Positions 1 through 7,393 of a DNA stretch of 64,000 bases are shown here, one piece after another. A model generated the notes under the pieces. That model had not been told where the DNA came from and did not search any database. It saw only the letters and a list, made by a program, of their open reading frames with translations. A program made the position numbers and the translations under genes. The stretch comes from an uncultured cyanobacterium (GTDB lineage: Bacteria; Cyanobacteriota; Cyanobacteriia; Phormidesmidales; Phormidesmidaceae), in the NCBI GenBank assembly GCA_963793265.1, contig CAWBZI010000006.1, positions 288,001-352,000 on the forward strand. Direction: 5' to 3'. Position 1 is the stretch's first letter. Each line of letters starts with the position of its first letter.

Positions 1-1806
1 TTTAGCATCAACAGACTTCGACGGTTTCTTGAACTTCTTAGCCAAAGCACGACCGTAAAACATTGTCGCCACGCCCACAATCACCATGGTCGAGCCTAGC
101 CAGGTAAGGCCGGTCACCCACCAGGGCTCTCGCTTTACCTGCAAGGTAGACTGGCTCAAGTCGCCTGGATTCCAAGACGCTTGGGCAATCTTCCAGCCCT
201 TATACCAGGTGGGGTGGTTCATCCAGACGCGACGATCAGCGCGATCGCCCGAATGGGGATCAGTTAGCGACACCGCACTCGTCCACATCGCTACAGACTC
301 ACTCCCCTCGTTGCGATCCACAATAAAATCATTCAGCTTCAGACTAAAAGGAAGCTGCAAAAGCTTGGGGCTAAACGCCACAAACCAGTCACCGCCCGCC
401 TGACTAATTGTTGTCGGCTCGCCCCAGGGCACCCACACCGGCTCGCCTTGAGCCTTTAAATTCGTTAAGTCTGTTGCACCTACCGAACCGGATGAAACCA
501 ACAGCGCAGGCTCTCCTTGTCCAGGCATCGCATCATCTGGCAAAGGCACCACTTCGCGTTTCACCTGTGCCTTACGCACCACTTCAGCTAGGGTCACCTC
601 AAAATCAGCCCACCCAGGCGTCACCGAATCACCAACTGCCAGAGCACCTGACTTAAAGCCTTTAGAAGACTTCGCTGCATAGTGCAACTCGCCCGCAGCA
701 TCGACCACGACTCGAAAGAAAGCATCCGGCTCAGCAGCGGCAGCCGTCACGCTATAGGCCACCTCAGCCGCAATCGGCTCGCCCGAAATTTGCGTGCGAA
801 TTGGCTCAAAGCTTGGATTGCCAAATACAAACCAGCTCTCAACAGACTCGCCTTCAGCGACAATAAGCTGCACCGCCGGGTTGTTTAGCTGCTCAGAAGC
901 ACTCACCGGCTGACGGTTTCCATCCAAGCGAAAATCAGGCCAAAAGTCTTTCACTTCTAGCGCCAGCGTTTTACCCTTCGCCGTCAGCTCAATCGGCGCT
1001 TCTAATGTTTGAGCGGGTTGCAACCTTCCGGCAACGTCCACCCGCTCACGCTTTCCTTGCCAGGCAACCTCTATTTCTCCCCACTGGGCTGCTTCAGCCG
1101 GTTCAGCAGAAGCCGTTAGCAGTTGGGCTAAGTCTTCTTTCGTATCAGCTTTAGCAATTTGCAGCTCAGCCGGGCCGACATTTATCTTCTCATAAGCAGC
1201 AGGAGCCACCGCTAGCCACCGCTCTAAAGACTGACCCATGCGATCGCTCTTCAGCACCAGTCGCACCGCCGGGTTCTCAACGCTGCCACCCTCTTCAAAC
1301 CGCACAGTCTTAATCGTACGGCTGCTATAGCCCAGCAGAGACATTCCGCCGATTCGATTGGGCACAACCGTCCCATCCGCCTTAATAAACAGAGAAGTTC
1401 GCTGCGGCATTTCACCGGGCGCGGCCACCTCAATCAAATCACCTTCTACTCGCAAAGTACTTACCGCTCCAGCGTCAGTGCGAGCTAAGAGCATTCCTTC
1501 TACGCTCAAGTGAATGACTGCTGCTGAGCCTGCAATAATCACGATCAGGCCCCAGTGAGTAATCGCAAACCCTATTTTACGCGCACCTTTCCAGGGATAG
1601 CGAGATAGGGTTGAAAGGCCAAGGTTGAGAGCCAACAGAAACATAAGCCCGCCAAACCAGGGGCTTTTATATATTTCTTGTTGAACAACAGCAGAGCCGA
1701 CTTCGGATTCGTAGAAGGTTGCGCCGATGAGAATGAACGCGATCGCCCCCAGCAAAGGCACCGCCAGCTTGATAGAGCCTAGAAACTCAGTAAGTTTGAC
1801 CGTCAT
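1..1806 (-). CDS. ResB/Ccs1(CcsB)-family cytochrome c biogenesis protein (System II), 3' end runs off the window
   Basis: Absent from the ORF track because there is no stop in the window. The two ends were translated by hand. From ATG 1806: MTVKLTEFLGSIKLAVPLLGAIAFILIGATFYESEVGSAVVQQEIYKSPWFGGLMFLLALNLGLSTLSRYPWKGARKIGFAITHWGLIVIIAGS, giving three N-terminal TM helices with the ResB IYxSxWF motif and a His in TM3. The in-frame C-terminal part reads ...STLQVKREPWWVTGLTWLGSTMVIVGVATMFYG (final TM). Confidence 0.85.
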   Translation of the reverse strand, partial: MTVKLTEFLGSIKLAVPLLGAIAFILIGATFYESEVGSAVVQQEIYKSPWFGGLMFLLALNLGLSTLSRYPWKGARKIGFAITHWGLIVIIAGSAAVIHLSVEGMLLARTDAGAVSTLRVEGDLIEVAAPGEMPQRTSLFIKADGTVVPNRIGGMSLLGYSSRTIKTVRFEEGGSVENPAVRLVLKSDRMGQSLERWLAVAPAAYEKINVGPAELQIAKADTKEDLAQLLTASAEPAEAAQWGEIEVAWQGKRERVDVAGRLQPAQTLEAPIELTAKGKTLALEVKDFWPDFRLDGNRQPVSASEQLNNPAVQLIVAEGESVESWFVFGNPSFEPIRTQISGEPIAAEVAYSVTAAAAEPDAFFRVVVDAAGELHYAAKSSKGFKSGALAVGDSVTPGWADFEVTLAEVVRKAQVKREVVPLPDDAMPGQGEPALLVSSGSVGATDLTNLKAQGEPVWVPWGEPTTISQAGGDWFVAFSPKLLQLPFSLKLNDFIVDRNEGSESVAMWTSAVSLTDPHSGDRADRRVWMNHPTWYKGWKIAQASWNPGDLSQSTLQVKREPWWVTGLTWLGSTMVIVGVATMFYGRALAKKFKKPSKSVDAK

Positions 1807-1923
1807 GAAAAGCAACACTCACGCTAATGTCTTGGTTAGCTGACACCTCCCGTACAAAATACAACTAAGGAGATACGCAGAAACACGCATCTGTATAGTT
1901 GTTCGATTAACAAACTATTTTTT

Positions 1924-1937
1924 GTATCGAAAGTTGC
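1924..1937. promoter_or_regulatory. Candidate NtcA-like site (GTA-N8-TGC) in the divergent promoter region
   Basis: TGTATCGAAAGTTGCA flanked by T- and A-runs; one mismatch to TGTA-N8-TACA. Confidence 0.35.
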
Positions 1938-2239
1938 AAAAAACGACTAAGTTATTCTTTTTTCACATTCCACGATTCTACATTTTGCATAACAAGCCCT
2001 AAGCCAACCTTTGTTTTTCTTATCCTATCGCAGACATAGATCCCTTACAGCGCAATCAATACAGCCATCAAAGAAGGAAATAAAACAGCAATTCACATAG
2101 CTTTTCCTCGAAAACGGACAATACTATAAAATCATTCAATCAGAAGGTTCGTTCGCTTGCAGCAACATAAATAAATCAACAGACGAATGCAATTGTTGCA
2201 CAGGCATGATGCGAAAATCGAGAAACTTTCTCTTGTTTT

Positions 2240-2281
2240 GTAACCAAAAGCACAAACACGAATAAGCTACCCACCTACGGT
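2240..2281 (+). promoter_or_regulatory. Candidate NtcA-activated class II promoter for the globin/multiheme operon
   Basis: GTA-ACCAAAAG-CAC (2240-2253), then exactly 22 nt, then TACGGT (TAN3T, 2276-2281). This matches GTA-N8-TAC-N22-TAN3T with the GTG/CAC variant half-site. Confidence 0.5.
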
Positions 2282-2402
2282 TTGAGTTGTGAACTACGTA
2301 AATAGACGGATTTCGCAAAAGAATCTCATCAAGAGCCTCTAGAGCATATTTATTAATTCAGTTTTACAGTTTTGTAGTTCCTTTTTATGGAGTCTCTCAA
2401 GC

Positions 2403-3539
2403 ATGTCTTTAAATGTAGAGCTTTTAGAGCAGAGCTTTGAGCTAGTCAAGCCAAAGGCTGACGAATTCACCAGCAGCTTTTACAACAACCTATTCACCGA
2501 CTATCCAGCATCGAAGCCACTGTTCGAGCATTCGGATATGGGCAAGCAACAACAAATGCTCAAAGGTGCCCTGGTCATGGTGGTTGAAAACCTGAGAAAG
2601 CCCGAAGTGCTTAGCAAAGCGCTCAAAGGCTTAGGCGCTCGTCATGTAAAGTATGGCGCGCTACCTGAGCACTACCCTTTGGTCGGCAACAGCTTACTCA
2701 AAACGCTGGGCCAGTATGCAGGCGATGCCTGGACGCCTGAGCTAAAAGACGCTTGGGTAGGGGCCTATGGCGCGATTACTGAGCTGATGCTAGAAGGTGC
2801 TGACTACTCGAAGCAGGCCGTTGCGCTAGAAGCCGTTGTGCTAGAAACGATGCCGCCTGTACCGCCCGCAGCGGTCGGATCTTCGATGACTGATGTAGAA
2901 CCAGTGCTTACAGAACCAGCGCTTACAGAACCAGAAGCAGAAGGACTTAAAGTAGAGCTTTTAGAGCAGAGCTTTGAGCTAGTCAAGCCAAAAGCTGACG
3001 AATTCACCAGCAGCTTTTACAACAACCTATTCACCGACTATCCAGCATCGAAGCCACTGTTCGAGCATTCGGATATGGGCAAGCAACAACAAATGCTTAA
3101 AGGTGCCCTGGTCATGGTGGTTGAAAACCTGAGAAAGCCCGAAGTGCTTAGCAAAGCGCTTAAAGGCTTAGGCGCTCGTCACGTTCAATATGGCGCACTG
3201 CCTGAGCACTACCCTTTGGTCGGCAACAGCTTGCTCAAAACGCTGGGCCAGTATGCAGGCGATGCCTGGACGCCTGAGCTAAAAGACGCTTGGGTAGGGG
3301 CCTATGGCGCGATTACTGAGCTGATGCTAGAAGGTGCTGACTACTCGAAGCAGGCTGTTGCGCTAGAGCCCCCGGTCGTAGCTGCTGTTCCTAAGCCTGA
3401 GCCAGTTGCGGTGACAACAGAGCCACTAGCGTCATCAGAGTCTCAAGAGTCTGTAGAGGGCATCGATAACAAAACGGCGGCTGGCATTATTGGCGGTTCT
3501 ACGGTGCTGCTCACGCTCATGCTACTCATCCTTCTTTAA
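2403..3539 (+). CDS. Tandem double globin (flavohemoglobin-like M-family domains) with C-terminal membrane anchor
   Basis: Two ~138-aa globin domains, each with FYxxLF (B10 Tyr), PLF (CD1), distal Gln, LGARH (F8 His) and HYPLVG. Pro/Glu-rich linkers, a hydrophobic C-terminus and no reductase domain. Confidence 0.9.
   Translation: MSLNVELLEQSFELVKPKADEFTSSFYNNLFTDYPASKPLFEHSDMGKQQQMLKGALVMVVENLRKPEVLSKALKGLGARHVKYGALPEHYPLVGNSLLKTLGQYAGDAWTPELKDAWVGAYGAITELMLEGADYSKQAVALEAVVLETMPPVPPAAVGSSMTDVEPVLTEPALTEPEAEGLKVELLEQSFELVKPKADEFTSSFYNNLFTDYPASKPLFEHSDMGKQQQMLKGALVMVVENLRKPEVLSKALKGLGARHVQYGALPEHYPLVGNSLLKTLGQYAGDAWTPELKDAWVGAYGAITELMLEGADYSKQAVALEPPVVAAVPKPEPVAVTTEPLASSESQESVEGIDNKTAAGIIGGSTVLLTLMLLILL
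2415..3367 (+). repeat. Near-identical 416-bp direct repeat (2415-2830 and 2952-3367) encoding the two globin domains
   Basis: Manual comparison found about 11 mismatches and a single amino-acid change (HVKY vs HVQY). Confidence 0.9.
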
Positions 3540-3573
3540 GCGCGTCTAAGCAATAGGTTTAAGCAATAGGCTG

Positions 3574-4254
3574 ATGACAAATCGTTCAAAACCAAGCAGG
3601 AATCACAGCAATAGCCCTGGCAAAAAGAAGTTTGACTGGCGATCGCAGGTTAACTTGAAAGGGGCGATCGCACTCACCTTAGTGCTGTTACTCACCTGGG
3701 TTTCTGCGGCCTTTGCTCTCGAAAACAAAGAGGTCTTCTTGCCCGGTGAAACCTCAGAAGGTCATGCTTTGTTTGAAGCCTCCTGTGCCTCTTGCCACGA
3801 AGGCTTTAAAGCTGTCAGCAACGAAAACTGTACGCGCTGCCATCAGGCCGAACTAGCCGAAGATGTCCATGGCGCAAAAAAGTTTAAAGATCCGCGCTGG
3901 GCCAGCTATCGAGAAAACTTAGAAGTTCTCACCTGCACGGCCTGCCACAACGAGCACGTTCACATGTTCGGGCGCGGCGTACATCTTCAACCCGACCTTT
4001 GCATGGTTTGTCACGAAGAACTCACCACCACTCAGCTCAAGAGCCATGAGGGCTTCGAGGCAGACGGCTGTTGGACTGCCGGGTGTCACAACTACCACGA
4101 CCACCGTACTATCTCGACCGGATTTTTGAGGCAAAATATGGGTGAACCGGCAATGCTACCCGTGCAAAAGCTACCCGATCGCATTGTCACAACAGAGCTG
4201 AAAACCGCGCCAAGCCCCAACCTGAGCAAAGCGTTTTTGGAGGCGGGCACATGA
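3574..4254 (+). CDS. Exported multiheme c-type cytochrome (4 CXXCH + 1 CX4CH)
   Basis: N-terminal hydrophobic segment ending AAFA. Motifs CASCH, CTRCH, CTACH, CMVCH and CWTAGCH, plus many additional His residues. Confidence 0.88.
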   Translation: MTNRSKPSRNHSNSPGKKKFDWRSQVNLKGAIALTLVLLLTWVSAAFALENKEVFLPGETSEGHALFEASCASCHEGFKAVSNENCTRCHQAELAEDVHGAKKFKDPRWASYRENLEVLTCTACHNEHVHMFGRGVHLQPDLCMVCHEELTTTQLKSHEGFEADGCWTAGCHNYHDHRTISTGFLRQNMGEPAMLPVQKLPDRIVTTELKTAPSPNLSKAFLEAGT

Positions 4255-5111
4255 TCACTCGCCGCACTCAAAACCGGCTAATAAGACTACTAGCCCTGCT
4301 GCTGATTGTTCTTTTCAGCTTAGGCGCAGCGATCCCGGCAGCAGCTACAACTCAAAGTGAGCTTCAGGAGATCAACAAACAGTGGCAAACCAGCGCCCAC
4401 GCGCTCAACGATGTCAACTGTGCTAGCTGCCACCAGGAGAGTGAAACCAAAGCGTTTGTGGCTAATCCTACGCACGAAAGCTGTCAGTCGTGCCATGAGA
4501 ACTCAGTAGACACCTTTTTACTGGGCAAGCACGGCATTCGGCTATACGAAGGAGAATCTGCTTTAACGCCTAAAATGGCTCGGCTTCCGATGAAGCATGA
4601 GGCGTTTGATAAGCAAATGAACTGCAACGCTTGCCACAACGTCCACACCGTCAACACGATGCAAGCCTCAGTCGATGCCTGCCTCACCTGTCATAACGAC
4701 AACCACTCGCTTAACTACAAAAACTCCAAACATGCCAAAGCTGTTTTTGCCAGTCAAGAGACGAGTAAAGGCTCTGATAGCGCGAGCGACTTGCTGCCTC
4801 GGCCTGGCCCTGAAGCCGTCACCTGCGCGACCTGCCACCTGCCGCGCACGGGCACCGAAAAGGCTGACGGCACCACCGTGGTAAAGGTGAACCACAACAA
4901 CACCTACAACCTAAAACCTCAAGATCGCATGGTGGGCGATGTCTGTATGAACTGCCATGGGGTGGAATACAGCTACAACAGTATTTTCGACGAAGCCCTC
5001 GTCGAAGCCAATTTTGACCGACCTCCGACGCTTACTCATCCTTCTTTCGAGTTGATGAGAGCTGCTGAAGCAAGGAGAGCGGGCAATGATTCTGATTCGG
5101 AAGGCCCTTAA
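4251..5111 (+). CDS. Exported hexaheme c-type cytochrome
   Basis: Signal peptide (ending IPAAA). Motifs CASCH, CQSCH, CNACH, CLTCH, CATCH and CMNCH. ATGA overlap with the upstream gene. Confidence 0.9.
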   Translation: MITRRTQNRLIRLLALLLIVLFSLGAAIPAAATTQSELQEINKQWQTSAHALNDVNCASCHQESETKAFVANPTHESCQSCHENSVDTFLLGKHGIRLYEGESALTPKMARLPMKHEAFDKQMNCNACHNVHTVNTMQASVDACLTCHNDNHSLNYKNSKHAKAVFASQETSKGSDSASDLLPRPGPEAVTCATCHLPRTGTEKADGTTVVKVNHNNTYNLKPQDRMVGDVCMNCHGVEYSYNSIFDEALVEANFDRPPTLTHPSFELMRAAEARRAGNDSDSEGP

Positions 5112-5227
5112 GCACAACTTTAAGCTCAACTATCTGAACTTAAAATCAACAGCCTTTCAACAGAAAACTAAAGTGCGTGAAAACGACACGCAGAATGAAA
5201 TTCAAAAAACTTAGGAGACTCATCACA

Positions 5228-5890
5228 ATGGTTATCACGACCTGGCTACAGCGCATTCGCACAAAGACCATGTTTCTATTCGCTTTAGCAGCGGCTATCT
5301 GTTTTACCGCCGTCGCCTGTAGCGGCGGTGGCAGTGGAACGGCTACAGCAACAGGGCCTATGATCGCCCCCGAACTCGTTGCCGACTACATCCACACCGC
5401 TCTCGCCGCCGACCGCACGGCCTACACTAAAAACGTTGTCAACCGCGCCAAAGTACTAGAAGGCAAAGAGAAAGCAGACGGCGTTCTGACCATTGAATCG
5501 ACCGAAGGCTGGCAGCAAACTGACGGCATTCCTCTGCCCGCACAAATGTTCCGCCTCGGCTCTGAAATTGCCAACGAAAACGGCGCTTATACCTACAGCC
5601 TCGTTTCTCCCTGGAATATCAACGACAACCAGGCTCCCAAAGGAGAATTTGAAGCCACATCTGTTGAAACCATGATTGAAACTGGCGAGCCGGTCAAAGG
5701 CTATCAAGAAGTCGCCGGACAGGCGTATTTCTCAGCGATGTATCCTGACTTGGCCGTTGCTGAAGCCTGCGTAACTTGCCACAACACTCACCCTGTCCAC
5801 CTAGAGCGCTACCCCGACAAAGTGTTTGAAATGGGCGACGTTATGGGCGGTATCATCATCAACATCCCCGTTGACAGTATGCCTGGCTAG
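5228..5890 (+). CDS. DUF3365/Tll0287-like monoheme c-type cytochrome, probable lipoprotein
   Basis: AGGAG precedes ATG 5228. Lipobox-like TAVAC followed by SGGGSG, PLPAQMFR, CVTCH and the C-terminal GDVMGGIII typical of DUF3365. Confidence 0.8.
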   Translation: MVITTWLQRIRTKTMFLFALAAAICFTAVACSGGGSGTATATGPMIAPELVADYIHTALAADRTAYTKNVVNRAKVLEGKEKADGVLTIESTEGWQQTDGIPLPAQMFRLGSEIANENGAYTYSLVSPWNINDNQAPKGEFEATSVETMIETGEPVKGYQEVAGQAYFSAMYPDLAVAEACVTCHNTHPVHLERYPDKVFEMGDVMGGIIINIPVDSMPG

Positions 5891-5978
5891 AGGAGTCTCG
5901 AAACCCATCCCACTCCCAGCCGACAAAATCCCCTCTGGAGGGGTGGCCCGCAGGGACGGGGTGGGTTCCGGCAACTCT
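5891..5978. repeat. GC-rich nested palindrome (REP-like cyanobacterial element) between operon genes
   Basis: The CCCCTC-TG-GAGGGG hairpin (5930-5943) is nested within AAACCCATCC (5901-5910) and GGGGTGGGTT (5958-5967). Confidence 0.5.
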
Positions 5979-6058
5979 CACAGCGAACCCGGTTACCCTC
6001 GCTACAAATCTCCTTTCTATCTAGCGCTTTAATAAGAACCAACAGATCGGCAAAAGTA

Positions 6059-6676
6059 ATGAAGCCACAATTCTCTACCCTCATTATTCTGACGCTGGTT
6101 TGCGCCCTACTGCTGGTGCCCTTTGCACTCAGCCCGATCTATCTAGATGCATTGCGCGATCGCTCATTCGAGCTGCACCAGTTTTTACGCGGCGAACTCT
6201 ACAAACAAACCACCGGCTTTGCCTCCTTAGCCCTCGTCTTTGTAGAGATGACCCTCACCATGCGTAAGCGCAGCCGAAGCTGGTCTATTTGGCCCAGCAA
6301 ATGGAAGCTACCAGGGGCCGTGATGATCTGGCGCACCATCCACATTTTTATTGGCACTGCTCTAGTCGCCGTTGTTTTGGTTCACACCCTCGGCTCAAGC
6401 GGTCTTAACTACAACGCCATTTTGCTATGGGTCTTTTTTGGCGTCACGCTCTCTGCCCTCCTCGGGGTCGTCGCTGAAACCGGCGTTTTAGAATCGCCCC
6501 GCAAAATCTTTAATATCGGTAGTAACAAAGTTGTTGAAGGCAAAGCCGTTGGCATCGGCAAAGGTGCTTTGGTGCGTGGAATGCGCGCCGTTTGGCTACC
6601 CTCTCATATCTTTTTAGTGAGCGTGTTCGGGCTCATGCTCGTCATTCACATCTTTTTAGCCTATTACTTTCGCTAG
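6059..6676 (+). CDS. Integral membrane protein, probable di-heme cytochrome b-type module
   Basis: About 5 hydrophobic helices, two of which carry H-x13-H pairs (TIH-IFIGTALVAVVLV-H and PSH-IFLVSVFGLMLVI-H). Confidence 0.7.
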   Translation: MKPQFSTLIILTLVCALLLVPFALSPIYLDALRDRSFELHQFLRGELYKQTTGFASLALVFVEMTLTMRKRSRSWSIWPSKWKLPGAVMIWRTIHIFIGTALVAVVLVHTLGSSGLNYNAILLWVFFGVTLSALLGVVAETGVLESPRKIFNIGSNKVVEGKAVGIGKGALVRGMRAVWLPSHIFLVSVFGLMLVIHIFLAYYFR

Positions 6677-6688
6677 GGGCAAATCATC

Positions 6689-7174
6689 ATGATCTCAACC
6701 ACCGAAAATCGCAGCGCACTCTGGCGGTTATGGCTAGCCCTGATCGCTATTCTAGTAGCGGTATGGGCCACCCTACTACTGACCCGCCCTGCCGCCAAAA
6801 CTATGAGCATGACACCGCTCAGCGGGCTAATGACTCTGAAGTCGCTTGCCGCTGAGGCCGTCTCCTACGAAGCAGCTTTGGCAAACCAAAAGCCCACTTT
6901 TATAGAGTTCTACGCCGACTGGTGTACAACCTGCCAAAGCACCGCGCCAACCATCCAAAATCTCCATCAGCAGTACAGCGAGCAGATAAACTTTGTCATG
7001 CTCGATATTGACAATCCCAAGTGGGCATCTCAAATTGCCCAATACAAAGCCTCCGGCGTTCCTCAGTTCACGCTCATCGCTGCTGACCAAGCGCCAATCA
7101 ATACCTGGGTAGGCAAAGTGCCTAAGCCTATCTTCACCGAAACGTTCGAGCGACTGCTAGTAGAGAAGCCATGA
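6689..7174 (+). CDS. Membrane-anchored thioredoxin-like thiol:disulfide oxidoreductase (HCF164/ResA-like)
   Basis: N-terminal TM helix, EFYADWCTTC active site and cis-Pro motif GVP. Confidence 0.85.
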   Translation: MISTTENRSALWRLWLALIAILVAVWATLLLTRPAAKTMSMTPLSGLMTLKSLAAEAVSYEAALANQKPTFIEFYADWCTTCQSTAPTIQNLHQQYSEQINFVMLDIDNPKWASQIAQYKASGVPQFTLIAADQAPINTWVGKVPKPIFTETFERLLVEKP

Positions 7175-7389
7175 CTATTCTTCGCCGGTTTATTCAATTC
7201 CTAGAGTGGCTAGAAACCGCTCAAGACTTCTGCCACTTTCTAGCGCAGCCTACGGGCCTATCGCTAACCGCCGCGCTCCTTCTCTACTGCCCAATTCAGA
7301 TGCTAGGGTGCGATCGCCTCTCAGCTGCAACCCTATCGTGCACCATCGCGCTTACGCTATTTTGCCTATCAGAGCGCCCCGACTTCTAG
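7171..7389 (+). CDS. Small hydrophobic Cys-containing hypothetical protein
   Basis: ATGA overlap with the thioredoxin gene, two hydrophobic stretches, and it fills the gap to the next convergent gene. Confidence 0.5.
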   Translation: MTILRRFIQFLEWLETAQDFCHFLAQPTGLSLTAALLLYCPIQMLGCDRLSAATLSCTIALTLFCLSERPDF

Positions 7390-7393
7390 CTTT

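Noticed and set aside
86..888. Three + strand ORFs (105, 82 and 68 aa) in the track
   Set aside because: They are antisense shadows of the ResB-like gene on the minus strand and have no recognisable motifs.
1861..1902. AGAT...ATCT inverted repeat as an NsrR (NO-sensing) operator
   Set aside because: The spacing is one base longer and the core lacks the AT-rich NsrR pattern; kept only as an unassigned inverted repeat.
2403..3539. Globin as a flavohemoglobin or part of a nitric oxide synthase; C-terminus as a GlyGly-CTERM sorting signal
   Set aside because: There is no FAD/NAD or NOS oxygenase domain, no N-terminal signal peptide and no basic residues after the hydrophobic tail.
3574..5111. 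Calling the cytochromes NrfA/NrfH or HAO
   Set aside because: There is no CXXCK, and the heme counts and sizes do not fit those enzymes; only partial motif resemblance.
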